A stretch of 18,229 nucleotides of DNA, taken from contig JAZDIZ010000123.1 in assembly GCA_043804515.1 (NCBI GenBank), positions 1-18,229 on the forward strand, given 5' to 3'. The notes beneath the pieces are model-generated. The model was not told the origin of the DNA. It saw only the letters and a list, made by a program, of their open reading frames with translations, and did not search any database. The DNA is from Pseudomonadota bacterium (lineage in GTDB: Bacteria > Bdellovibrionota_G > JALEGL01 > DATDPG01). Shown in pieces: positions 1-8,549 of the stretch. Position 1 is the first letter of the stretch. The number at the start of each line of letters is the position of its first letter. Made by a program: the position numbers and the translations under genes.

Positions 1-1
1 C

Positions 2-70
2 TATCGCGTCGAAAGGGGGACCGGCCACTTCATCCCTTCTCTTAAGGGTGTCCCCCATGAGGCCCCGTGA
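2..70 (+). CDS. Possible C-terminal end of an upstream gene (partial; YRVERGTGHFIPSLKGVPHEAP*)
   Basis: Frame 2 is open from the window edge to TGA at 68-70. Too short to assign a family. Confidence 0.25.
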   Translation, partial: YRVERGTGHFIPSLKGVPHEAP

Positions 71-239
71 TGCGATCCGAGCCACGGAGCACAGGCAACC
101 ACCCAACACGCCGCTTTAATCAAATGATCGACGCCAGCTAACTACGTAGAATTTCTTCTTTTATATCCGGCACTTGAAAGTCGGGCCCGGATTCGCTATA
201 CGAGCGCATCTTTCAGGGGTGGGGCACACAACGTAATCC

Positions 240-3200
240 ATGACGCGGGTTGGAATTGATATCGGGGCACTGTTCGTAAAGGCCGTCCGTGTACACGACA
301 GCGGAAAGCTTCTCGTCAGTTTCTACGAACGGCACCGCGGTCAACCGGCCGAAGCCTTGGCCGAGGCCCTGGATCGCTTGGATGTCACCAGCTTCGATGA
401 GGTCGGCCTGACCGGCTGTAACGCCGAGCTCTTCGCCAAGACCATGGGCATCCCCTACCGGGACATCACGCTCTGCCAGTTGGACGCGATCCACAGATCG
501 GTTCCCGACGCTTCGTACATCATGGACATCGGCGGCGGGTCGGCCACGTTGATCCAGCTGGACAGCAAGGGGAAATTCCAAGGGTATTCCACTAATTCCC
601 TCTGCGCCGCCGGAACCGGATCTTTTCTGGACGAGCAGGCCGGCCGGTTGGGCATCTCGTACGAAGACGCCGCCCGCTTTCCTCACAATCCGGATCCCCC
701 TTCCATCGCCGCCCGTTGCGCCGTGTTCGCCAAGAGCGATTTGATCCACCGACAGCAAGAAGGGTGCAGCCGGATGGACATGTGGTCCGGCCTCTGCCGC
801 GGCATGACCCGCACGCTTCTCGGCACGCTTCTGAGCGGCCGGCCTCTGGACGGAAAAACCGCGGTGATCGGCGGCGTGGCGCAGAACCCCGAGGTGGTGC
901 GCTGGCTGGCGGAGGCTTGGCCCGGCTTGATCACGGTTCCCGAAAACCCGCACCTGGTTGCGGCAGTCGGCGCCGCTCTGCATGGAAAAAGGCCGCAAAC
1001 GGGAGTGCTTCTTCACACCCGTTTGACTCCGGTCGAGTCGAGGAAGATCCAGCGTTTTCCGTGGCCGCTCACGCTCGAAAAGTCCAAATACCCTTCCTTC
1101 GCCACCGAAGAGGTTTACGAAGACGCCGACCAAAACGAGGTGCGGATCACGCGCTGGGGGAAGGGAGACACGATCCGCGGTCATCTCGGAATCGATATCG
1201 GCTCCACGTCCACGAAGCTGATCCTGATCGACGAGAGCAAGAACGTCGTTGTGGACATTTACCGGAAAACCGCGGGGGACCCGATCGGCGCCACGAAGCT
1301 ATTGTTCCGGGCGCTCCGCACGTTGGCCGGCCGGAAAGAAGGTTCTCTCGAAATCCTCGCCGTCGGCACGACGGGCAGCGGGCGGAAGATCGTGGGCTCG
1401 GTGATCGGTGCGGACGCCGTCATCAACGAAATATCCTCCCATGTCGCCGGAGCGTCCCATGTGGACCCCAAGATCGACACGATCTTCGAAATCGGGGGCC
1501 AGGATTCGAAGTACATGCACCTGGTCGACGGACACATCCGGGACGCCAACATGAATTATGTCTGCGCCGCGGGCACCGGATCGTTCGTGGAGGAGCAGGC
1601 GAACAAGCTGGGCTACAAGGTTGCCGAGGCGGGTCCCGCCGTTCTGGGCGTTCATCCCCCGCGGGCCACGGATCGGTGCACGGTCTTCATGGAACAGGAT
1701 ATGTCGAAGCTGATCCAGGCGGGAGCCACTCCTCAAGAAGCCTTCGCCGCCGTCATGGTGTCCGTCGTGAAGAACTATCTCAACAAAGTCGTGGGGAACC
1801 GGTACCGGAGCCGGGACAAAATTTTCTTCCAGGGGGCCACGGCCCGGAATCCCGCTCTTGTTGCCGCCTTCGAGCACCTGCTCAACGTCGAGATCGTCGT
1901 TTCCCCGTACTGCCATGTCATGGGTTCGTACGGCGTGGCGCTCCTCACGCGGGAAATGATGAAGGAAGCGCAGCCCCGAAAGACTTCCTTCAGAGGCCTA
2001 GACCTCGACCAACGGGAAATCACTCTTCGAAAGGATTTGTGCGAGCTCTGCCAAAACCACTGCGCGATCACGTATGCCGACATCGGCGGCGTGGCGGAGA
2101 GCCCCTCCTGGGGTTACCTGTGCGGACGCGAGCCCGACGGCAAGAAGATGCGCGTGAATCCCCGCGGCCGTCTTCTCAAACACCGCCAAAAGCTCTGGCT
2201 GGAGGCCGGCCTGGGGGTCGAAGTTGCGGAAAACGCTCCGGTGATCGGAATCCCCCAGGCGCTCAGCGCCTACACCTACCTTCCCCTTTGGCGCCGATTC
2301 TTCAATCGTCTGGGCTTTCGAATCGAGCTTTCCGGCCCCACGACGCAGGAAATCCGGGAGCTCGGGGGACGGATGAGCGGGGCCGAATTCTGTTTCCCCG
2401 CCAAGACGCTTCTCGGGCATGCCGCTTCGCTCGCGTCCAAAAAAGGCGTGGATTTCGTCTTTCTCCCGGAGATGAAGAACGAGATCCCCGACGAGCATGT
2501 CACCACGTCCACGTTCTGCCCCTATGTCCAGGCGACGCCGGCCTTCACGCGCGCCGCGTTTCATCTGAACGGCCTCGAAAACGTGCGGATTCTTTCTCCA
2601 CTCGTGGATCTCAGGCTTAGCGAACGGCGGCTCGTCGCGCACTTGGCCAAGGGATTGTCCAAAGCGCTCGGCGTGAACCGCAGGCGGATCACCCAAGCCT
2701 GGAGAGATGCGTATCAAATCCAGCGCCGATTCGAGAAACAGGTGCGTGACGATGGACTTAAGGCTCTCAACGAGGCCCGCGAAAAAGGCGAGAAGCTCTT
2801 GGTACTCGTGGGCCGGCCTTACAATCTTTACGACACTGGGTTGAACCTGGGCTTGCCGGAGCGGCTTGCGGAATACGGCCGCACGGTGATTCCGATCGAT
2901 CTGCTCACGATCGATCTTTCCCGCCTGGGCGAGCGCTACCGGAACGCCTATTGGGGGTCCGGCCAGAAGATCCTGGCCGCGCTGGAGGAGGTGCGCCGGA
3001 ACGATCAATTGGACGCGGTCTACTTCACGAACTTCAGCTGCGGCCCCGACAGTTTCCTCCTCACGTACGCTTCGGAGATCATGGGGAAGAAGCCGTTCCT
3101 GGCGTTGGAGTTGGACGAGCACGGCTCCGACACGGGGTATATGACCAGGATCGAAGCGTTTTGCGACGTTCTGAGGCTTCCGCTGAAGGGACGGCCGCAG

Positions 3201-4496
3201 AGGGAGGCTTACACCGAACCGCCCCCCGATTTCAGGGACCGGATCGTCTGGGTGCCCAACATGCACCCGTACACGACGGAGTTCCTGGCGGCGGCGCTGC
3301 GGGCCAATGGTTACGACGCTCGGACTCTTCCGCTGGAAACCGAGCAATCGTTCGAGATCGGGCGCACCGTCACGCGCGGCTCCGAGTGCCTTCCCACGGC
3401 GCTCACGATCGGGAGCCTCCTTTCCGTGCTCCGTTCTTCCCCTAAGAATCAAAAGCACGCGTTTTTCATGCCCACGGCGCAGGGCCCCTGCCGGTTCGGC
3501 CAGTACATCACGCTCCACCGCCAGATCCTGGACCACGAAGGCTTCGCCGACGTCCCGATCATGGCCCCCTCTCATTTCAAGGGATTTGCCGGTTTGGAGG
3601 AGCCCGTCCGGCGCAGCATTTGGAAAGGGATGTTGGCCGGGGACATCCTGATGAAGGCGGGCTGCAAGTTGCGGCCTTACGAGCTGAAAGCCGGCGATAC
3701 GAACTATCGGCTGGAGAAGGAAACGCAACAGCTGGCCAAGGTGATCGAATCGGACGGCGATCTCGTCGCTGCCGTGCGGACGGCGATCCGGGGTCTGTCC
3801 CAGGTCCCCGTGCAGAAAGGCAGGCGCAGGCCGTTGGTGGGAATCGTCGGAGAGATCTACGTCCGCAACAACGTGTACGCCAACGAGCACGTCGTCCAAT
3901 CGATCGAGCGACTGGGCGCCGAAGCCTGGATGACTCCCCTCTCGGAATGGATCCTCTTCACTTCCTCGATGCACAACGTCTGGGACCACCACGACCGCAA
4001 GCTGTCGAAGGAACTGGTCCAGTCGTACATCAAATGGCGTTGGATGCTGCATTGGGAAAAAAAGCTCTACGACGCGGCAGCGCCCCTGCTGGACGACCGG
4101 CATGAGCCCGGTGTGGGAGAAATTCTATCGGCCGCCTCGAAATATCTGCCCAACAGCGTCGGAGGGGAAGCCGTTTTGACCGTGGGGCGGACCGTGAAGT
4201 TCGCCTCCCAGAAAGCCACGATGGTCGTGAACGTGGCGCCGTTCAGCTGCATGCCGGGCACCATCACAACGGCCCTGTTCCGTCACATGAGCGTCGAGCT
4301 GGGGATGCCGATCGTGAACATGTTCTACGACGGCACCGGCGCCCAAAACCGGCGCCTGGAGGTTTACCTCCGCACCGCTACGGCCGCCGGCGCCGCGGAA
4401 TTGGCTGCGGATCAGAAGGAGATTCCGCCGGCCGCCGAGCCCCCCCGGGCGGGGCACCTACCCGTGTCCTCAACCTCGGTCCGCGCGCGCACCTAG
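240..4496 (+). CDS. Fused CoA-substrate-specific enzyme activase (2x BcrAD/BadFG ASKHA ATPase) plus 2-hydroxyacyl-CoA dehydratase/reductase-like domains; PlsA/Ger-like (plasmalogen synthase / glycerol ester reductase family), 1418 aa
   Basis: Two activase repeats (GIDIG...DIGGG...CAAGTGSFLDEQA...RCAVFAKSD and GIDIGSTSTK...EIGGQDSK...CAAGTGSFVEEQA...RCTVFME). Cys linker CELCQNHC. Reductase-type motifs FCFPAK, CPYVQ, GRPYN, FSCGPD, LELDEH, ECLP, GPCRFGQY, VGEIYVR, PFSCMP. Confidence 0.9.
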   Translation: MTRVGIDIGALFVKAVRVHDSGKLLVSFYERHRGQPAEALAEALDRLDVTSFDEVGLTGCNAELFAKTMGIPYRDITLCQLDAIHRSVPDASYIMDIGGGSATLIQLDSKGKFQGYSTNSLCAAGTGSFLDEQAGRLGISYEDAARFPHNPDPPSIAARCAVFAKSDLIHRQQEGCSRMDMWSGLCRGMTRTLLGTLLSGRPLDGKTAVIGGVAQNPEVVRWLAEAWPGLITVPENPHLVAAVGAALHGKRPQTGVLLHTRLTPVESRKIQRFPWPLTLEKSKYPSFATEEVYEDADQNEVRITRWGKGDTIRGHLGIDIGSTSTKLILIDESKNVVVDIYRKTAGDPIGATKLLFRALRTLAGRKEGSLEILAVGTTGSGRKIVGSVIGADAVINEISSHVAGASHVDPKIDTIFEIGGQDSKYMHLVDGHIRDANMNYVCAAGTGSFVEEQANKLGYKVAEAGPAVLGVHPPRATDRCTVFMEQDMSKLIQAGATPQEAFAAVMVSVVKNYLNKVVGNRYRSRDKIFFQGATARNPALVAAFEHLLNVEIVVSPYCHVMGSYGVALLTREMMKEAQPRKTSFRGLDLDQREITLRKDLCELCQNHCAITYADIGGVAESPSWGYLCGREPDGKKMRVNPRGRLLKHRQKLWLEAGLGVEVAENAPVIGIPQALSAYTYLPLWRRFFNRLGFRIELSGPTTQEIRELGGRMSGAEFCFPAKTLLGHAASLASKKGVDFVFLPEMKNEIPDEHVTTSTFCPYVQATPAFTRAAFHLNGLENVRILSPLVDLRLSERRLVAHLAKGLSKALGVNRRRITQAWRDAYQIQRRFEKQVRDDGLKALNEAREKGEKLLVLVGRPYNLYDTGLNLGLPERLAEYGRTVIPIDLLTIDLSRLGERYRNAYWGSGQKILAALEEVRRNDQLDAVYFTNFSCGPDSFLLTYASEIMGKKPFLALELDEHGSDTGYMTRIEAFCDVLRLPLKGRPQREAYTEPPPDFRDRIVWVPNMHPYTTEFLAAALRANGYDARTLPLETEQSFEIGRTVTRGSECLPTALTIGSLLSVLRSSPKNQKHAFFMPTAQGPCRFGQYITLHRQILDHEGFADVPIMAPSHFKGFAGLEEPVRRSIWKGMLAGDILMKAGCKLRPYELKAGDTNYRLEKETQQLAKVIESDGDLVAAVRTAIRGLSQVPVQKGRRRPLVGIVGEIYVRNNVYANEHVVQSIERLGAEAWMTPLSEWILFTSSMHNVWDHHDRKLSKELVQSYIKWRWMLHWEKKLYDAAAPLLDDRHEPGVGEILSAASKYLPNSVGGEAVLTVGRTVKFASQKATMVVNVAPFSCMPGTITTALFRHMSVELGMPIVNMFYDGTGAQNRRLEVYLRTATAAGAAELAADQKEIPPAAEPPRAGHLPVSSTSVRART

Positions 4497-4529
4497 GCTG
4501 TCCGCCCCGGCATTTTCCCATGGCAGATT

Positions 4530-4543
4530 GCCTCACGTGAGGC
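4530..4543. promoter_or_regulatory. Perfect 14-bp palindrome GCCTCACGTGAGGC, candidate activator-binding site
   Basis: Perfect dyad in the intergenic region, about 100 bp upstream of the sigma54-like promoter at 4641. Confidence 0.35.
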
Positions 4544-4640
4544 GGAATGCTACGGCGGTTCATGTAAATTTTTCCGCCGCCTGTCTAACGCATTGCATAT
4601 TTCCCGCGGAATCACTGGGAAATACCCCACCTTGAATTCA

Positions 4641-4656
4641 TGGCAGGCAGGATGCA
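4641..4656 (+). promoter_or_regulatory. Sigma54 (-24/-12) type promoter of the NmrA-family gene
   Basis: TGGCAGGCAGGATGCA: GG at 4642-4643 and GC at 4654-4655 have the exact -24/-12 spacing (consensus TGGCAC-N5-TTGCW). Confidence 0.55.
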
Positions 4657-4711
4657 CAAGATGTCATCGTCGAAGTGCCGTATGAACGTATTTCCGCGGA
4701 AAGGAGCTCAT

Positions 4712-5662
4712 ATGAAACCGAGAACCACGGTCCTAGTTACAGGCGCCACAGGGAACCAAGGAGGAGCCGTTGCAAGAACGCTCGTGAAACAAGGGATGAA
4801 GGTTCGGGCGCTGACCCGGAAGCCCGACTCTCCGGCCGCAACGAAACTCGAGAAACTGGGTGTGGAAGTGGCCGCCGGAAGCTTCGACGAGGAAGACGCG
4901 TTGAAAACTGCGATGAGGGAAGTGGATGCCGTTTTTCTCATGGGGACGCCGTACGAGGCGGGGACCGAAGCGGAGATCCGGCACGGGAAAAAGGCCGTGG
5001 AGGTGGCGAGAGCGCTGCATCTGAGGCACGTCGTGTATTCGTCGGTCGCGAACGCGGACCTGCGGACGGGAATTCCGCACTTCGACAGCAAGTTTGAAAT
5101 CGAAAAGTATCTTCAAGCCTCGGACGTGCCTTACACGGTTCTCGCCCCCGTTTTCTTCATGGAGAACGCGCTGAGCCCGCTCATGTTGCCGGCCCTCAAG
5201 GAGACGCGATACGCTCTCCCACTCCCGGCTCCCCGCCAGCTCCAACAGGTCGCCTTGAGTGACCTCGCAGAGGTTGCCGCAGTCGTCATCCAGGAACGCC
5301 ACCCGTTTCTTGGGCTTCGCGTGGACGTCGCATCCGATGAACTCACCGGCGACGAAGCCGCCCGGGTTCTCTCCCGCGTTACGGGCCGAACGATCCGGTA
5401 CGAGGCTGTGTCTTTGGATCAAGCGCGGGCTTCCAGCGAGGATCTTGCGAAGATGTTCGAGTGGTTTGACCGCACGGGTTACAGCGTGGACATCGCGGCG
5501 CTGCGCCGGCGGTTCCCGAACGTGAGGTGGCATACGTTCGAAACATGGGCGCGCGAGCAGGATTGGCATGCCGTGAACCGGAGGCATCCGGAGGGTCCCG
5601 ATCCGAGCGGTGCTTACGTTCGCACCCCGCGACGGGTGCGCGGCCTTCCGCACTTTCTCTAA
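4712..5662 (+). CDS. NmrA/HSCARG-family NAD(P)-binding protein (atypical SDR), 316 aa
   Basis: VLVTGATGNQGGAVA Rossmann motif, VRALTR, VYSSV, IPHFDSKFEIE. Start moved to ATG 4712 because of the AAGGAG RBS at 4701-4706. Confidence 0.9.
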   Translation: MKPRTTVLVTGATGNQGGAVARTLVKQGMKVRALTRKPDSPAATKLEKLGVEVAAGSFDEEDALKTAMREVDAVFLMGTPYEAGTEAEIRHGKKAVEVARALHLRHVVYSSVANADLRTGIPHFDSKFEIEKYLQASDVPYTVLAPVFFMENALSPLMLPALKETRYALPLPAPRQLQQVALSDLAEVAAVVIQERHPFLGLRVDVASDELTGDEAARVLSRVTGRTIRYEAVSLDQARASSEDLAKMFEWFDRTGYSVDIAALRRRFPNVRWHTFETWAREQDWHAVNRRHPEGPDPSGAYVRTPRRVRGLPHFL

Positions 5663-6270
5663 GGCTGACTCGCCGAGGATGCCGGAGGCGTTTCGCTCTT
5701 GCTTTCTTCGGCGCGTTTGCGGATCGCTTTGAGAATGTCGGTCAGCGTTCCCTTGGTCATCATCCGCATCACCCACTTGGGCCAATGCACGGTCGGCACC
5801 ATCCGGACGTTGTATTCCGCAAGCGTGCGGTTCGCGTCCCCTTCGAAGACGCTCAAGACCCAGCCTCCGTCGAAATCCTTCACGCCCTTGCCCGTGCCCG
5901 GCACCATTTTGAACGAGATCGTGCCGTGATCGGTCGGTATGGAAACGGACGTTTCGTACGCGACATTCGGCAGCGGAAACGGCATGTGGAGGAGGCTGCG
6001 GTAAACAATCTCCTGAGACGTTCGAGTGAGAACCACGTTCTCCTTCGTGTTGGGCATGAACTCCCCATAGTGTTCGTAGTCCGTGACGACCAGCCAGACT
6101 TTTTCCAAGGGGGCTTCGATGACCCCCTTCACCGTGGCGCGGTCGTATCCTCCGCCTTCCACTCGCGTGTTCGTCGCCAGAATTTTTCCTTTGCCGAGAT
6201 CCGCCGTCTCGTCCGCGAGCACGGGGTTCAGGAAAAAACACACCGCCAGAAGAACGCCGATTCGTTTCAT
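5659..6270 (-). CDS. Exported SRPBCC/START-fold protein (polyketide cyclase/Coq10-like), 203 aa
   Basis: Sec-type signal peptide MKRIGVLLAVCFFLNPVLA|DE. IEAPLEKVWLVVTDYEHYGEFMP, DFDGGWVL and a C-terminal helix P-x-W...LKAIRKRAE are typical of SRPBCC proteins. Confidence 0.8.
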   Translation of the reverse strand: MKRIGVLLAVCFFLNPVLADETADLGKGKILATNTRVEGGGYDRATVKGVIEAPLEKVWLVVTDYEHYGEFMPNTKENVVLTRTSQEIVYRSLLHMPFPLPNVAYETSVSIPTDHGTISFKMVPGTGKGVKDFDGGWVLSVFEGDANRTLAEYNVRMVPTVHWPKWVMRMMTKGTLTDILKAIRKRAEESKSETPPASSASQP

Positions 6271-6345
6271 GATCGGATCGCTACGTCGAACGGAGACTCA
6301 GGTCAACTTCCGGTCGCCTGTGGAGCGTGCTATCGTGCGCGCCCC

Positions 6346-6810
6346 GTGAGGTCGACGCCCGCGACAAATCCCTTCTCAGGCCCGATCCTCGGCGTCGGCA
6401 TTGACCTGATGGACGCGGCCCGGATCCGGCGCGCCGTGGCCCGCGAGGGCGCGGATTTTCTTCGGGAATTCCTGCGGCCCACCGAAATTGACCGATGCCA
6501 CCGGACAAGGTATCCCGTCGCCGCAGCCGCGGCCGCGTTTGCGGCCAAAGAGGCTTTTTTCAAGGCTTTGGGCACCGGGCGCGCCGGCAAAATTTCGTGG
6601 CACGACGTGGAAGTTCTGGGCTTGGAGGGCGGATCGAAGATCGGGCCCCGCCTGCGGCTCACCGGCGAGGCCTCCGAGATCGCGCGGAAGAAGGGCGTGA
6701 CTTCCTCTCATTTGGCCGTTGCTTCCCTTGGGGGCAAAGTTGCTACCGCGGTGGCGACGGTTGTGCTCGAGGGTGCGCGCCGGCACAAACGCTTGAAGCG
6801 GACTTTGTAG
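6346..6810 (+). CDS. acpS: Holo-[acyl-carrier-protein] synthase (AcpS-type phosphopantetheinyl transferase), about 154 aa
   Basis: ILGVGIDL and FAAKEAFFKALGTG...W.DVEV motifs in the 3' part of ORF 5527..6810. The start is inferred at in-frame GTG 6346 and is uncertain. Confidence 0.85.
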   Translation: MRSTPATNPFSGPILGVGIDLMDAARIRRAVAREGADFLREFLRPTEIDRCHRTRYPVAAAAAAFAAKEAFFKALGTGRAGKISWHDVEVLGLEGGSKIGPRLRLTGEASEIARKKGVTSSHLAVASLGGKVATAVATVVLEGARRHKRLKRTL

Positions 6811-6822
6811 AAAGGATTGAGC

Positions 6823-8532
6823 GTGAAGAAAGAGTTCGATTACGAAAAGCTGTGCCGTGAGCTGACGTGGGACGCGGCGAAGAAGGACTTGAACTGGACC
6901 GAAGGCAAGCCGATCAACATCGCGTACGTTTGCACGGACCGGAACGTGGAGCTGGGTCGGGGTGAAAAGCAGGCTTTCCTCCACGAGAACCACGAAGGCA
7001 AGGTCCGCCGGTACACCTACAACGACTTAAAACAGCTTACGAACGGGTGGGCGCACTTCCTCGTTCAAAAGGGAATCAAGCCCCTGGATCGCGTCTGCGT
7101 CTTCCTGGAGCGGATCCCGGAGCTTTACATCGGCTTCCTGGGAATCCTGAAAACAGGCGCGGTTTCGCAACCCCTCTTCTCGGCATTCGGAGACGACTCC
7201 GTCTTCCAGCGCGCCGATGACAGCAAGGCTGTGGCGATCATCACGCAACACAAACACATCGGAAAGATCCGGAAGATCCGCGACCGGTTGCCGGAACTCA
7301 AGACGGTGATCGTCGTGGACCACGACGATCAAAAGAAACCCCTGCGGGAGAACGAGGGGGAGGTCGCCTATGACATGGAAAAGAACCACGCGCCCGAGTT
7401 TCCGATCTTCGAGACGTACTCGGAGAGCCCGAGCGTCCTCCACTACACGAGCGGCACGACGGGAAAACCGAAGGGAGCGCTGCACGTTCATTCCAGCGTC
7501 TTCGCCCAATATCTCACGGCGAAGGTCGTCCTGGACCTCAAGGAGAGCGACACTTACTGGTGCACGGCCGATCCGGGGTGGGTGACAGGGACGAGTTACG
7601 GCATCATCGCGCCGTGGGCGCTCGGCGTTACGCAAGTCGTCCTGGACGCCGGGTTCTCGGCCGATCGCTGGTACCAGACGATCGAAAAGCACAAGGTGAC
7701 CGTCTGGTATACGGCCCCCACGGCGATTCGGATGCTCATGAAGGACGGCGTGGAACCTGTCCGGCGCCACGACATGACTTCCCTGCGCCATATGGCGAGC
7801 GTGGGAGAGCCGCTCAACCCTGAAGCGGTGCACTGGGGCCGCGAGGCGTTCCACCTGGATTTCCACGACACGTTTTGGCAGACCGAAACCGGCTCCATCG
7901 TGATCACGAACTTCCCCGGGATGCCCGTGAAGCCGGGCAGCATGGGGCGCCCGTTCCCTCCTCTCCAAGGCACCGTCGTGGATCCGAAGACGGGGGAGCC
8001 GATCAAGGAAGTGGGCCGCGTCGGGATGATCGCCATCAAACCGCCCTGGCCCAGCCTGATGCGCACGTATTGGAACAACACGGCCACGTACCTCAATAAA
8101 TTCCGCAACGGTTGGTACATCTGCGGCGACCGCGCCAGCATCGACGCTGACGGTTATTTCTGGTTTTCAGGACGCGACGACGACGTGATCAACACGGGCG
8201 GCCATTTGGTCGGACCGTTCGAGATCGAAAGCGCCCTCCTGGAACATGAGGCCGTGGCCGAATCGGCCGCGATCGGCAAGCCCGACCCGGTCAACATGGA
8301 GGTTGTAAAAGCCTTCGTGGCCCTGAAACCCGGCTTCAAGCCTGACGTGGATCTGGAACTTTCCATCATGAATTTCATCCGCAAGAAGCTTTCGCCCCTG
8401 GCGATGCCCCAGGAGATCGAGTTCGTGGACAAACTCCCCAAAACCCGGAGCGGCAAGATCATGCGGCGCATGCTGAAGGCGAAGGAGTGGGGACAACCGA
8501 TCGGAGACGTCAGCACGCTCGAGAATGATTAG
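6823..8532 (+). CDS. acsA: AMP-forming acetate--CoA ligase-like adenylating enzyme (AcsA type), about 569 aa
   Basis: HYTSGTTGKPKG, WCTADPGWVTG, YTAPTAIR, SVGEPLNP, DTFWQTETG, GRDDDVI, LPKTRSGKIMRR. GTG 6823 is preferred over TTG 6817 because of spacing from the AAAGGA RBS at 6811-6816. Confidence 0.9.
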   Translation: MKKEFDYEKLCRELTWDAAKKDLNWTEGKPINIAYVCTDRNVELGRGEKQAFLHENHEGKVRRYTYNDLKQLTNGWAHFLVQKGIKPLDRVCVFLERIPELYIGFLGILKTGAVSQPLFSAFGDDSVFQRADDSKAVAIITQHKHIGKIRKIRDRLPELKTVIVVDHDDQKKPLRENEGEVAYDMEKNHAPEFPIFETYSESPSVLHYTSGTTGKPKGALHVHSSVFAQYLTAKVVLDLKESDTYWCTADPGWVTGTSYGIIAPWALGVTQVVLDAGFSADRWYQTIEKHKVTVWYTAPTAIRMLMKDGVEPVRRHDMTSLRHMASVGEPLNPEAVHWGREAFHLDFHDTFWQTETGSIVITNFPGMPVKPGSMGRPFPPLQGTVVDPKTGEPIKEVGRVGMIAIKPPWPSLMRTYWNNTATYLNKFRNGWYICGDRASIDADGYFWFSGRDDDVINTGGHLVGPFEIESALLEHEAVAESAAIGKPDPVNMEVVKAFVALKPGFKPDVDLELSIMNFIRKKLSPLAMPQEIEFVDKLPKTRSGKIMRRMLKAKEWGQPIGDVSTLEND

Positions 8533-8549
8533 AAAATAAGGAGCTTCGA

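Noticed and set aside
15..56. Hairpin GGGGGAC/GTCCCCC with inner CCCTT/AAGGG
   Set aside because: Single copy with a large bulge and no U-tract, possibly inside an upstream coding tail; no function can be assigned.
174..202. Promoter for the activase fusion (TTGAAA-17-TATACG, or GG-N10-GC at 183-196)
   Set aside because: Two overlapping weak matches (sigma70 versus sigma54) that cannot be distinguished from chance.
213..4103. Long alternative-frame ORFs (213..1184, 716..2620, 1299..1916, 1998..4103)
   Set aside because: All overlap the well-supported activase fusion, are Arg/Pro/Gly-rich, and have no recognisable domains.
5527..6810. 427-aa ORF suggesting an N-terminally extended AcpS fusion
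   Set aside because: The first ~270 codons overlap the NmrA end and run antisense to the SRPBCC gene. Only the part from about 6346 looks like AcpS.
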